The notes beneath the pieces are model-generated. The model saw only the letters and a list, made by a program, of their open reading frames with translations. It did not search any database and had not been told where the DNA came from. A stretch of 64,000 nt of DNA from Gammaproteobacteria bacterium (GTDB lineage Bacteria > Pseudomonadota > Gammaproteobacteria > Ga0077536): the NCBI GenBank assembly GCA_963662545.2, contig CAXXLL010000002.1, positions 1,536,001 to 1,600,000 on the forward strand, read 5' to 3'. Positions 11,065 to 20,907 of the stretch are shown here, in pieces. Position 1 is the first letter of the stretch. Each line of letters starts with the position of its first letter. A program made the position numbers and the translations under genes.

Positions 11065-11823
11065 TCAGCCCATACGTTCCGGAGCTTTAACGATTCCAGG
11101 CCACAATTCAGGGTCGTGGCCGTAGACGATCTGCGCACCACGGCTTTGGAGTGCACGGATTTTGTGCAGTGAGGCGATAGCGTCCTCGCGATCGAACAGG
11201 ACGCCAGGCATGTGCAATTCCTCCAAAGTACGCCGCAGGTAACAGGCGTCTCCCGTCAGAACGAATTCGCCCCGTTCGGTTCGCACCCGCAGCGACTGAT
11301 GGCCCGGTGTGTGACCGTATGTGGGCAGACAAACCACGCTGTTATCGCCGAAGATATCGAATTCGCCCTGGATTTTTTTAATGTCCTGTCCGGTCTGGTA
11401 ATCGCCCGTGTAATAACCGAGATCGGGTTCGGATTTCGTCGCCCACTCCCATTCCTTCTTCTGAATTACCACCGGTGCGTCGGTGATCTTGCAATTGCCG
11501 CCACAGTGATCGAAATGCAGGTGGGAGTTGACCAGGTGCGAGACATCGGAGACACCCACGTCGATCGATTCCAGACAGGCCTCGATCGCTTCGTCTCCGC
11601 GGTAATGTACTTCGACCATGGCATTCAGGTCTTCGCCGAAATAGCCGAGCGGATCCGTTCGCAGCTTATCGTGCAGGCCCGAATCGAAAAGGACATTACC
11701 TTTGGGGTGTTTAATTAGGAACGCGGGGACGGGAACCGTCATCGCGCCCTCTTCCCCCTCGAGAAAAGTTCCGGCCGGCATGCTTAGCTGGCCGCAATCG
11801 AACGCGTACAATTCAACCGTCAT
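11065..11823 (-). CDS. N-acyl homoserine lactonase family MBL hydrolase
   Basis: SHLHFDHCG (HxHxDH), GHTPGHQS, LTGDACY, GHD; likely ATG at 11823 after GAG-rich RBS. Confidence 0.85.
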   Translation of the reverse strand: MTVELYAFDCGQLSMPAGTFLEGEEGAMTVPVPAFLIKHPKGNVLFDSGLHDKLRTDPLGYFGEDLNAMVEVHYRGDEAIEACLESIDVGVSDVSHLVNSHLHFDHCGGNCKITDAPVVIQKKEWEWATKSEPDLGYYTGDYQTGQDIKKIQGEFDIFGDNSVVCLPTYGHTPGHQSLRVRTERGEFVLTGDACYLRRTLEELHMPGVLFDREDAIASLHKIRALQSRGAQIVYGHDPELWPGIVKAPERMG

Positions 11824-11936
11824 GTTCTCGTCCTCCGGCTCCGGATCGTGATATCCAACGGGGATATTATCGCCGCAGGACACCTCGGTGCACCTATAAT
11901 GCGGCCCCCGCTTAAGGATATGCAAAGGAGGTCTTC

Positions 11937-12800
11937 ATGCCGGCAGTGGTGCTGGACGGCAAGGCGCTTGCCGCCGCCAGCGAAGCGGCACTGGCCGCGC
12001 GCGTTGAAGCCCTGAAGGCGCAGCTCCGGGGCCGTGTTCCGATCCTTGCGACGATACTCGTGGGCGCCGATCCTGCATCGGCGACCTACGTCAAAATGAA
12101 AGGCAATGCCTGCAAACGCATCGGCATGGATGCGCTGAAGATCGAACTCGACAAGGACACGACGACGGCGCAGTTGTTTGATGAGATCGACCGCTTAAAC
12201 GCTAATGACGACGTGCACGGGATCCTGTTGCAGCATCCGACTCCCGCGCAAATAGACGAGCGGGCATGTTTCGATCGCATCGTGCTCGAAAAAGACGTCG
12301 ACGGGGTAACGGCGCTGGGTTTCGGCCGCATGGCAATGGAGGAAGCGGCCTATGGTTCCGCGACCGCGGCCGGTATTATGCACCTGCTGCGGCATTACGA
12401 TATCGAGCTTGAAGGACGCTTTGCGGTCGTCGTCGGACGCAGCCCAATCCTTGGCAAGCCGTTGGCAATGATGCTTTTGAACGCCAACGCAACGGTGCTC
12501 CAGTGTCATTCGCGAACGCAGGGTCTGGCCGGGCTCGTCCAGCAGGCAGACGTCGTAGTCGGCGCCGTCGGCAAACCGGAATTTATTAGAGGGACATGGA
12601 TTAAGGATGGCGCCGTGGTTATCGACGCCGGTTATCATCCGGGCGGTGTTGGCGACGTTGAGATCAGCGCCATCACCAAACGCCTTGCTGCCTATACGCC
12701 GGTACCCGGCGGCGTGGGCCCGATGACGATCAGTACGCTAATTTCACAGACGGTAGAATCGGCGGAAAAGCATTGTGGACTCTCGTCGACAAGATTTTAG
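11937..12800 (+). CDS. folD: bifunctional methylenetetrahydrofolate dehydrogenase/cyclohydrolase
   Basis: [30 protein letters not shown]; AAGGAGG RBS. Confidence 0.96.
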   Translation: MPAVVLDGKALAAASEAALAARVEALKAQLRGRVPILATILVGADPASATYVKMKGNACKRIGMDALKIELDKDTTTAQLFDEIDRLNANDDVHGILLQHPTPAQIDERACFDRIVLEKDVDGVTALGFGRMAMEEAAYGSATAAGIMHLLRHYDIELEGRFAVVVGRSPILGKPLAMMLLNANATVLQCHSRTQGLAGLVQQADVVVGAVGKPEFIRGTWIKDGAVVIDAGYHPGGVGDVEISAITKRLAAYTPVPGGVGPMTISTLISQTVESAEKHCGLSSTRF

Positions 12801-12849
12801 GGATTGAATGGAGTTTTAGCGATAAAGCCTTCGGCATATACTCACGCTG

Positions 12850-14064
12850 ATGACGAATGAACACCTTCTTACCGGATTTCGAGTTCTCGACCTGACGCGG
12901 GCACTTGCCGGCCCCACCTGCACCCGGATGTTCGCCGAGTTGGGTGCGGATGTGATCAAGGTCGAAGCCGCGCCGGACGGGGACATGGTGCGGACGATGT
13001 CGAAGATTCGCAACGAACGCAGTCTCTATCTCATCCAGCAGAATCTGAACAAGAAAAGCTTGTGCCTCGATTTTCGCAGGCCTGAGGGCATGGCGCTCAT
13101 TCGAGAGCTGGTACCCCACTGTGATGTCGTCGTCGAGAATTACAGGCCCGGCGTCATGGCGAAGATGGGCCTGGCTTACGACGATCTCCGTGAATTACGG
13201 GACGACATTATCCTCTGCTCGATTTCGGCGCTCGGCCAGACCGGGCCATTATCGGGGAAGCCGGGCTATGACTATATCGCCCAGGCTTATTCGGGCGTGA
13301 CCTCGATGATTGGAGAGTCAGACGATGCACCCTATATCCCATTGATAGCGGTGGGCGATATCAGTACCGGAGTCACTGCTGCCTTCGGCATTGCGGCAGC
13401 ATTATTGAACCGTTCCCGCACGGGTGAAGGACAACATCTCGATATCGCGTTGTTAGACTGCTATTACCATTACCATGAAGTCAACGTTCACCAATACAGC
13501 GGCAGCAACGGTGAGACAAAACCGATGCGTTGCGGCCGGCATCTCACCTACGTCTGTCCCGCCGGCGTGTTCAAGGCAACGAATGGACACATCATTCTGA
13601 TCGCCTTCCTGCATCATTGGGCAGACCTGTGTACGGCCATGGGGCGTCCGGAACTCGTCGAGGAAGAGGCGTTTGCGACCGACGCGGCGAGACTCGAGCG
13701 GGTGAGCGAGGTCGTGGCCTTGATCGAGGCATGGCTGGCGACCTTTCCTGACGTCGACTCGGCAATCGAGCTGCTCGAATCACACGGTATCCCATGCGCG
13801 CCGATTTTGAGCGTCGAAGAAACGGTGACCCACCCGCATTTCGTCGCGCGCGGCACGGTACGAACGATCAAGGACCCGATCGCCGGGGAGTTTCAGATCC
13901 CCGGAATGCCGGTAAAAACCTCGGGATATCCGGCGGAAAATGACTACGTCGCACCCTGCCTGGGTGAGCATAACGGGGAAGTTCTGAAGGGGATCCTCGG
14001 CAAAAGCGATGCAGACGTCGAAGCCTTGACCAAGGCGGGCGTGCTCCACGCCGGAGACGTTTGA
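12850..14064 (+). CDS. CaiB/BaiF class III CoA-transferase
   Basis: RVLDLTRALAGP, LGADVIKVE, ENYRPG, GYDYIAQA, APCLGEHN. Confidence 0.92.
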   Translation: MTNEHLLTGFRVLDLTRALAGPTCTRMFAELGADVIKVEAAPDGDMVRTMSKIRNERSLYLIQQNLNKKSLCLDFRRPEGMALIRELVPHCDVVVENYRPGVMAKMGLAYDDLRELRDDIILCSISALGQTGPLSGKPGYDYIAQAYSGVTSMIGESDDAPYIPLIAVGDISTGVTAAFGIAAALLNRSRTGEGQHLDIALLDCYYHYHEVNVHQYSGSNGETKPMRCGRHLTYVCPAGVFKATNGHIILIAFLHHWADLCTAMGRPELVEEEAFATDAARLERVSEVVALIEAWLATFPDVDSAIELLESHGIPCAPILSVEETVTHPHFVARGTVRTIKDPIAGEFQIPGMPVKTSGYPAENDYVAPCLGEHNGEVLKGILGKSDADVEALTKAGVLHAGDV

Positions 14065-14098
14065 TCGTCCGCTAAGCCGTGGGCACCGACGCGAACCT

Positions 14099-14611
14099 AT
14101 GCCTCATCGAGAAGTGACGTCCGTCGCAGAGCTCAAAGCATCCGCGCGCCATCTGGCCAAGGGCAACCTGTTCGAGGATTTCTCGGTCGGTCAGGTGTTC
14201 GAACATCATTGGGGACGTACGCTCACCCAGGCTGAGAACGCCTTGTTTTCGAGCTTGACTTTGCATTTCAATCCCCATTATTTCAACGTGCAGTATGCCG
14301 CCGAGCATGGTCATCCGGGCACTGTCCTGAACCCGCTGTTGATCTTCAATACGGTGTTCGGTTTGAGTGTCGAAGACCTGAGTGAGGCGGGCATGGGCCC
14401 CTTTCTGGGTGTCGACGAACTGAGCTTTCACATGCCCGCTCATGCGGGCGATACGCTCAGCGCGCGAAGCATGGTGGTGGACAAACGCGATTCGAGCAAA
14501 CGGCCGGAGTTCGGTATCGTGACCTGGCATACCGAAGGCTTCGACCAGCATGGCGATCGCTTGATCGACTTCAAACGTACGAATCTCGTTGGCCGGCGGC
14601 ACAAGGGCTGA
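14099..14611 (+). CDS. MaoC-family (hot-dog) dehydratase
   Basis: GNLFEDFSVGQVFEHHWGRT...NPHYFN...GLSVEDLSE. Confidence 0.88.
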   Translation: MPHREVTSVAELKASARHLAKGNLFEDFSVGQVFEHHWGRTLTQAENALFSSLTLHFNPHYFNVQYAAEHGHPGTVLNPLLIFNTVFGLSVEDLSEAGMGPFLGVDELSFHMPAHAGDTLSARSMVVDKRDSSKRPEFGIVTWHTEGFDQHGDRLIDFKRTNLVGRRHKG

Positions 14612-14616
14612 ACTCG

Positions 14617-15801
14617 ATGGACCAGGCGACGATGATAAGCGGATATTTCACCGAAGAGCGCCGTATGATCCGCGACACCGCGCGCGCGTTCACGCTCGCC
14701 GAAGTGCTGCCGGTCGCGAACGAACTCGATCCGGTGAAGGGAGAAATACCGGCTTCGCTTCGGCGCAAACTCGCCGACATGGGGTATTTCGGCATTCGAA
14801 TTCCAGAGTGCTATGGCGGCAGCGGACTCGGTTGCTTCGAATATTGTCTCGTCGCAGAGCAGCTTGCGCGCGGCTGGATGAGCGTCGCGAGCATCATCGC
14901 GCGCGGTAACGGCACCTTGACCATCGACCTCCTGTCCGACAAGCAAAAGGCGATGATCCTGCCGCGCGTTGTCGAGGGTGAGTACCTCGCCGCGATATCC
15001 TTGTCGGAACCCGATACGGGATCCGATCTCGCATCGATTTCCTGCCGCGCCGAGCGCGACGGTGACACCTGGGTCATTACCGGCAGCAAATACTGGTGCA
15101 CGTTCGCCGACGGCGCCGATTACATCCTCCTGTTTGCGCGCACCTCGCCGCGGCCGGACGAAAACAAGCGGCACCTCGGCATCAGCGCTTTCATCATCGA
15201 CAAGCAGCGCGGAGCGCTCCCGGAGGGAATCCACGGCAGTGAAATTCCCAAGATCGGCTATTTCGGTTGGAAAACCTGGGAACTGGCGTTCGACGGCTTC
15301 CGTGTACCGGCGGATGCCTTGATCGGAGAGGAAGGCCGGGCTTTCTACGCCCTGGCCAAAGGGCTGGATGAAGCGCGTGCCCATACCGCCGCGCGATCCA
15401 TCGGGTTGGCGCAGGGCGCGCTGGAGGATGCGCTGGCCTATGCGCAGGAGCGCCAGCAGTTCGGCCGGCCGATCGCCGAATTCCAGGATTTGCGTTTCAA
15501 GCTCGCGCGCATGGCGACCGACATCGAAGCGGCGCGCCAATTGCTTTATTTCGTCTGCGACAAAATAGACGGCGGCGAGCGTTGCGACAAGGAAGCCTCG
15601 ATGGTCAAGTATTTCGCCAGTGAAATGTCAGAACGCGTGACGAGCGACGCGCTTCAGATCCTGGGCGGTGCCGGCTATACGAAACTCTACGCCGTCGAAC
15701 GGCACTGGCGCGACGCACGGCTCACCAAGATCTTCGAGGGTACCTCGGAGATTCAATTACGGATCATCTCCGATCAACTGCTGGGGAAGAGCGGGCGGTA
15801 A
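14617..15801 (+). CDS. acyl-CoA dehydrogenase
   Basis: LSEPDTGSD, GSKYWCT, RQQFGRPI, GGAGY, IFEGTSEIQ. Confidence 0.93.
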   Translation: MDQATMISGYFTEERRMIRDTARAFTLAEVLPVANELDPVKGEIPASLRRKLADMGYFGIRIPECYGGSGLGCFEYCLVAEQLARGWMSVASIIARGNGTLTIDLLSDKQKAMILPRVVEGEYLAAISLSEPDTGSDLASISCRAERDGDTWVITGSKYWCTFADGADYILLFARTSPRPDENKRHLGISAFIIDKQRGALPEGIHGSEIPKIGYFGWKTWELAFDGFRVPADALIGEEGRAFYALAKGLDEARAHTAARSIGLAQGALEDALAYAQERQQFGRPIAEFQDLRFKLARMATDIEAARQLLYFVCDKIDGGERCDKEASMVKYFASEMSERVTSDALQILGGAGYTKLYAVERHWRDARLTKIFEGTSEIQLRIISDQLLGKSGR

Positions 15802-15810
15802 GGCGATTTC

Positions 15811-16278
15811 GTGCACGTCCCGCGAACATTATATTTCGAGGACTTCAAACCGGGTGAAACGCTGCGCCACCATCGCGGTAAGACGCTCACGGAAATGGAC
15901 CAGGTTTTGATCACGAATCTAGTCATGAATACCGCGGCCGGTCATTTCGACGAAGAACTGATGAAGGATCATATGTTCGGGCAACGCGTCGCGTTCGGCG
16001 GCGTCACGATCGCGCTGGTTATCGGCCTCACAGCGCAGGACACGGCTGAAAATGCCCTCGCCGAACTTTCCCTGGACAAGATTCGCCTCACCCAGCCGGT
16101 ATTTCACGGCGACACCTTGTATGCCTACACGAGGGTGCTCGGCAAAGAAGAAGCCGATCGTGAAGATGCGGGCATCGTCGAGTTTCATCATTGGGGCGTG
16201 AACCAGGACGACAAAATAGTCTTCGAAGGGGATCGCCGCGTGTTGATCAAAAGGCGCAGCCACTGGACAAAAAAATGA
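15811..16278 (+). CDS. MaoC-family dehydratase (second)
   Basis: YFEDFKPGETLRHHRGKT...GHFD...PVFHGDTLYA. Confidence 0.88.
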   Translation: MHVPRTLYFEDFKPGETLRHHRGKTLTEMDQVLITNLVMNTAAGHFDEELMKDHMFGQRVAFGGVTIALVIGLTAQDTAENALAELSLDKIRLTQPVFHGDTLYAYTRVLGKEEADREDAGIVEFHHWGVNQDDKIVFEGDRRVLIKRRSHWTKK

Positions 16279-17195
16279 CCGAACCTGTGACGCGACCCCT
16301 GCGTTTACGCCGCGCCGAGTTAGCAGTACCCGGCAGCAACGAGCACATGATGCAGAAAGCTTCTCAAATGGACGTCGATCACGTCTTCCTCGACCTCGAG
16401 GATGCGGTGGCTCCGGCGGAGAAAGTCGCCACTCGCCAAAAGATCGTCACCGCGTTGAACGAACTAGACTGGGGCCGTACGGTGCGCTGCGTTCGCATCA
16501 ACGACCTCGAGACGAATCTGGCCTATGAAGACGTCATCGAAGTCGTGGAAGGGGCGCAAGATAATCTCGATATCATCATCATCCCGAAGGTCAAATCCGC
16601 TTTCGACGTGCAGTGGGTCGCGTTGCTGCTGGATCAAATCGAGGGCAAGCTCGGCATGGCCAAACGGATTGGGCTCGAAGTACTCATCGAGGAAGTCGAG
16701 GCGATGGTGAACGTCGAGGCGATCGCCGGCGCTTCGGACCGCCTGGAAGCGCTCATTTACGGGGTTGGCGACTATTCGGCGTCGCAGGGAATCAATCCCG
16801 ACGTGTTCAAAGAATCCCATAATTATCCGGGCGATGTCTGGCATTACGGGCGTAACAAGATCAGTATCGCCGCGCGCATGCACGGCATCGACTTCATCGA
16901 CGGTCCTTATCCCAACATCAAGGACCCCGACGGATACCTGCGCGAGTGCGAGCGGGGTATGTTCCTGGGCGCAGTCGGCAAATGGGCCATCCATCCGTCG
17001 CAGGTCGAGCTGGCGCAAAAAGCATTCACCCCGGATCCGGAAATCGTCGAGCGTGCGCGCAAGATGAACGCGGCATATCTCAAGGCCGTGGAGAATGGAG
17101 AAGGCGCCGCCCAAGTCGACGGGTTCCTCGTCGACGCCGCCACCATGCGCCTTTATGGCAAGGTGTTGGAAATGGCCGACCGGATTGGCATTTAG
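16275..17195 (+). CDS. HpcH/HpaI aldolase / CitE-like acyl-CoA lyase (malyl/citramalyl-CoA lyase family)
   Basis: RRAELAVPGSN, FLDLEDAV, IDGPY, GKWAIHPSQV; ATGA overlap with upstream MaoC. Confidence 0.9.
   Translation: MTEPVTRPLRLRRAELAVPGSNEHMMQKASQMDVDHVFLDLEDAVAPAEKVATRQKIVTALNELDWGRTVRCVRINDLETNLAYEDVIEVVEGAQDNLDIIIIPKVKSAFDVQWVALLLDQIEGKLGMAKRIGLEVLIEEVEAMVNVEAIAGASDRLEALIYGVGDYSASQGINPDVFKESHNYPGDVWHYGRNKISIAARMHGIDFIDGPYPNIKDPDGYLRECERGMFLGAVGKWAIHPSQVELAQKAFTPDPEIVERARKMNAAYLKAVENGEGAAQVDGFLVDAATMRLYGKVLEMADRIGI
17004..17195 (+). repeat. left copy of ~190-bp direct repeat (3' end of lyase gene), attL-like
   Basis: Aligns by eye to 50889-51075 with 17 substitutions and two small gaps. 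Confidence 0.9.
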
Positions 17196-17197
17196 TC

Positions 17198-17259
17198 GGT
17201 ATTGTCACGTTAACTCCAACTCGACATGTCATTCACCGAGTTGCGGTGGTTTAGGAGCT
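17198..17259 (-). mobile_element. IS6-family right-end remnant
   Basis: GGTATTGTCACGTTAACTCCAACTCGACATGTCAT..., near-identical to the end of the full IS6 at 34627. Confidence 0.85.
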
Positions 17260-17268
17260 CGATCATGA

Positions 17269-17465
17269 GTGTCAGGTCTTGCCTTTTGCCGTGACGTGAG
17301 AAAAAGGCAAGGTAGACACCGAAGACATCGCGCGGACGGCCGTTTAGAAGCGATTCCGCGCCGTTCTCCGTGTTGGCATTGGCTCGCACGCGAGCTCCAG
17401 TATCAAGGAGCGCTGACCCATTAAATTCTCTTGAACAGATATCCATTCAAATAAATCTGTCCCCC
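17269..17465 (+). repeat. REP-like hairpin (GTGTCAGGTCTTGCCTTTT..AAAAGGCAAGGTAGACAC) plus AAATAAATCTGTCCCC motif
   Basis: The same two motifs flank the RAYT fragment at 48315-48572. Confidence 0.6.
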
Positions 17466-18190
17466 TTGGTTCTCTTCCTCCGTACGGTCACAGGCGCGGA
17501 GCGCCTTTACAGTTGTTAACAATTATTGCGAATCCCCCCCACCGACCGATGTGCTACATTTGGGAGGTCAATATTTGATAGCTTCGCGGGGAGGAAATCT
17601 CGGTGTCAAAAGTTATTCGCAGTCCCCCGCTTCGACCTGTCTAAACCAAGTCGTCCGGAAGCCGGCATTTCGGTGGTAAGATCTCTCGAAGACGCTCCAG
17701 AAACCGCCGCGATCCTATTCGGGGCCGCAGGTGCTCAGGCAAGCCCGCTTGGAACCGATTATTTTCCGATCTTGGACCTGGCCGATCTCGGCGGAGTGCT
17801 GGAAAGCCATTTCGCGCCTGGTCCCATCATCTTCGACGGAGAATTCTCCTTCAATTCGTGGGGAGCCCAGAATCTGTCCCCCTTGGTTCTCTTCCTCCGG
17901 TCACAGGCGCGGAGCGCCTTTACAGTTGTTAACAATTATTGCGAATCCCCCCCACCGACCGATGTGCTACATTTGGGAGGTCAATATTTGATAGCTTCGC
18001 GGGGAGAAAATCTCGGTGTCAAAAGTTATTCGCACCCCGTTGGTTTTTCTATTTGCCGCGATCCTATTCGGGGCCGCAGGTGCTCAGGCAAGCCCGCTTG
18101 GAACCGATTATTTTCCGATCTTGGACCTGGCCGATCTCGGCGGAGTGCTGGAAAGCCATTTCGCGCCTGGTCCCATCATCTTCGACGGAG
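17454..18190 (+). repeat. imperfect tandem duplication of the upstream region and 5' part of the VPLPA-CTERM gene
   Basis: 17454-17621 ~ 17871-18034 and 17706-17841 = 18055-18190. Confidence 0.92.
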
Positions 18191-18729
18191 CCCCAACACC
18201 GATTCCTGAGATGTTTCCTGGACTCGGCTCGGGCGTGGTGCTCACGGAAATGGTGACCCCGGGACCGGGATTTGACGTCATCGAATTCTGGTGGGAAAAC
18301 ATGGTCCCGGGAGATCCCTTGTTTGATACACCGCTTGCCCCCGATCAGGCGATATTCACGATTTTCGACGGCTTATACTGGGGACCAGGCAGCCCGGGGG
18401 CGATTGTCACAGTTGTCGATGTCGTCCTGACGTTTACCGCCGGTGGAGCACCTCCACTTCACCTTACTGAACTGGATTACTTTCCTGGCGTATTCGGCTC
18501 CGGTACGGAAATTGACGCGATTATCGTGGATATAGATATCCCGGATATTGCGTCGTTGCTAGCCGGGTTAGAAATTTCTGACGACATAACCGATCTTCAC
18601 GTCACACTCCATGCGACACACGTTCCGTTGCCAGCCGGGTTGCCACTACTGGCGGCTGGGCTGTTTGCGGTTTTCCGATTTTCCGGCCGAAGACGCGCCC
18701 ACACGTTAAGGAGTCAGTACCCTTATTGA
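18016..18729 (+). CDS. VPLPA-CTERM (PEP-CTERM-like) exosortase-substrate surface protein
   Basis: GGGGAG RBS + GTG; signal peptide ending AQA; C-terminal VPLPAGLPLLAAGLFAVF + RRR sorting signal. Confidence 0.85.
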   Translation: MSKVIRTPLVFLFAAILFGAAGAQASPLGTDYFPILDLADLGGVLESHFAPGPIIFDGAPTPIPEMFPGLGSGVVLTEMVTPGPGFDVIEFWWENMVPGDPLFDTPLAPDQAIFTIFDGLYWGPGSPGAIVTVVDVVLTFTAGGAPPLHLTELDYFPGVFGSGTEIDAIIVDIDIPDIASLLAGLEISDDITDLHVTLHATHVPLPAGLPLLAAGLFAVFRFSGRRRAHTLRSQYPY

Positions 18730-18765
18730 GCCCCTTGCATCCAGCGTAAAGGGTACTGGCCCCTT
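18707..18765. repeat. REP-like inverted pair TAAGGAGTCAGTACCCTT / AAGGGTACTGGCCCCTTA
   Basis: Inverted repeat seen directly; overlaps the gene 3' end. Confidence 0.55.
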
Positions 18766-18975
18766 ATTCTGGCGTCGGCGTGTTGAGTTGTAGATAGTGA
18801 AGACTTGACCCCTTAGCGTTCCTCCTTAGCGCATTTTCTTGACCTGCAAACCCAAGGAGTCGCCCGGCCAGGCCGAGCGAGTTGCCGCCTAGCGTTCCAG
18901 CATTGGATCGGAGCGGCGAGTGCGGATATTTTCGGCCAAAGCCCCGCTTCAATCCACCTCCACCGCAACGACTTC

Positions 18976-20886
18976 ATGGGCGTTCTCAACAAGGGCTCGG
19001 GCGTCGAATCGTTCGGCGTGGCGCCCGGCGGTTACATCGGCTTCTTCGATCCCGAAACGGGCGACCACGAAAGCTTCGTTCCCCCCGACGACCCGCCCGC
19101 GATGAAGCGCATGGAAATCAAGAACCAGGCTGGTTGGGCGCGCCGCGGCGTACGTCACCAGGGTGAAATGACGCCCGAGATGGTGCGTCGCCTAGTCACG
19201 GGTTGCGCTGCCGGTGAGCCGCTGCCCGGTCCGTGGTTCGAGGGTTTCGACGTCGACGTGCGGGTGCGTGAGGGCGAGGTGCCGCTCGAGTATCTGGAAG
19301 CGGCCGCCACTGCGGTGCTCGGCCGCGGCTGGCGCGCAGCGTGGACGATCTACGAAAGCACGCTCACCCCGAATCAAGGCCTTGAGTACGAGTATGAACT
19401 GGTCCCGAAGCGCGGCATGTCGCTGAAGACTCCCGAGGTGTGGGAAACCTCGTACGCGCTGGCGGCGCAGCCGAAGCTCGCGGACGTCGAACCGAGCTTC
19501 GTGTTCCTGTCGAGCAATCTCGATGCGCTCGAAGAGCGCAACAGCCCGCGGCGCGCGAGCGGGGTGCGAACCGTCCACCTGCCGCAGAGCCTCGAACCCA
19601 CCTGGTGCCGCGACGTCATGAATCTGGAAGCTGCCTGGCGGGTCGCGACCGGCAGCGGAGTTCGCATCGGGCATCCAGATACCGGCTGGATCCCCCACCC
19701 GGAGATCCAGAACACGACCCAAGGCGGCCCCGTCCGAACCGACCTCGATTACGACTTCGTGGACGACGACGACGACGCCCGCGCAGATCTCGACGACGAC
19801 GATCTGCTGCCCGGCGGACCGAACCACGGGACGGCAACCGCCAGCGTGATCGCGAGCCCTGCGGGCTCGCAGAACGCCAACCCGCGCGAGTTCGTGGTGG
19901 GAGCGGCACCCGGAGCCGAGCTCGTTCCGCTGCGCGTGGCGAACAGCGTCATACATTTCTCGCTGCGTCGCGTGCGCAAAGCCATCGAGTTCGCCGTAGC
20001 CAACGGTTGCCAGGTGGTGTCGATGAGCCTCGGCGGCCCCTTCCCGAGCCGGAGGCTCAGAAAGACCCTGCGTCGCGCCGCGGACGCCGGTGTTGTGGTG
20101 ATCGCCGCAGCCGGCAACCACATCCCCTTTCGGGCGGTCAGCTTTCCCGCGCGCTACTCGGACGTCGTGGGCGTCGCGGCCTCGAACGCGGTCAGCCGTC
20201 CGTGGTCGGGATCTTCGAACGGCGACACCGTAGACATCACTGCGCCCGGCGAGTCGGTGTGGCGCGCACTGGTCGAGGACTCGAACGGACGTACCCGCAA
20301 GATCAGCCGGCGCAGCTCGGGCACTTCGTATGCGACCGCGCACGTGGCGGGGGTGTGCGCCCTGTGGATCGAGAAGCACGGCTTCGCGAACTTGAACAAT
20401 CGTTACGGCGGCCGGGTGGCCGAAGCCTTCCGCGACGTGCTCCGCAGCACCGCTCAGCCAGGCGTCGAGATGGATGAAGGAGACTTCGTCGGCATCATCG
20501 ACGCAGAGGCGGTCGTGAACGCAGCGCTTCCCACGCTGGGGTCGCGCCGCACGCGCGCGGCGCGCATGCGCTCCGAAGACGACGCGCTCGAGCCTTTCCG
20601 CGCCCTGCTGCCACGCTGGAGCGACGCCCATTTGCGTCGCGCACTCGAAGGCCTGCTGGCGGTGCGTCCAGCGGGGCTCGCGGCGCGGCTCGCCCGGGTC
20701 GGGCGAGAGATCGCGTTTCAGTTCGCCACCGATCAACGCCTGCTGCGCGACTTCGATGCGGAGTGCAGCGGCATGACGCGCGGTCGCAAGGGCAAGCGCG
20801 CGTCGTCGACCGGACGCAACATGGAGAGCGTGCGGCGCCGCTTGCGAAGGATCTCCACGTCCGAAACGCTGCGGGGCGCTCTATGA
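18976..20886 (+). CDS. S8 subtilase without signal peptide, with N- and C-terminal extensions (start uncertain, alternative ATG 19168)
   Basis: HPDTG, NHGTATAS, AAAGN, SSGTSYAT. Confidence 0.85.
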   Translation: MGVLNKGSGVESFGVAPGGYIGFFDPETGDHESFVPPDDPPAMKRMEIKNQAGWARRGVRHQGEMTPEMVRRLVTGCAAGEPLPGPWFEGFDVDVRVREGEVPLEYLEAAATAVLGRGWRAAWTIYESTLTPNQGLEYEYELVPKRGMSLKTPEVWETSYALAAQPKLADVEPSFVFLSSNLDALEERNSPRRASGVRTVHLPQSLEPTWCRDVMNLEAAWRVATGSGVRIGHPDTGWIPHPEIQNTTQGGPVRTDLDYDFVDDDDDARADLDDDDLLPGGPNHGTATASVIASPAGSQNANPREFVVGAAPGAELVPLRVANSVIHFSLRRVRKAIEFAVANGCQVVSMSLGGPFPSRRLRKTLRRAADAGVVVIAAAGNHIPFRAVSFPARYSDVVGVAASNAVSRPWSGSSNGDTVDITAPGESVWRALVEDSNGRTRKISRRSSGTSYATAHVAGVCALWIEKHGFANLNNRYGGRVAEAFRDVLRSTAQPGVEMDEGDFVGIIDAEAVVNAALPTLGSRRTRAARMRSEDDALEPFRALLPRWSDAHLRRALEGLLAVRPAGLAARLARVGREIAFQFATDQRLLRDFDAECSGMTRGRKGKRASSTGRNMESVRRRLRRISTSETLRGAL

Positions 20887-20907
20887 GCCGCAGCCCTACC
20901 GGCTCCG

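Noticed and set aside
14440-15540. 366-aa antisense ORF; similar ones at 35543-36478, 57574-58671 and 61344-62324
   Set aside because: Each lies opposite a well-supported gene; typical shadows.
17526-18209. 227-aa ORF across the duplication
   Set aside because: Chimeric read-through of duplicated segments with a TTG start and no RBS.
19192-20736. 514-aa antisense ORF and 345-aa alternate-frame ORF over the S8 gene
   Set aside because: Shadow ORFs from high-GC codon bias; no motifs.
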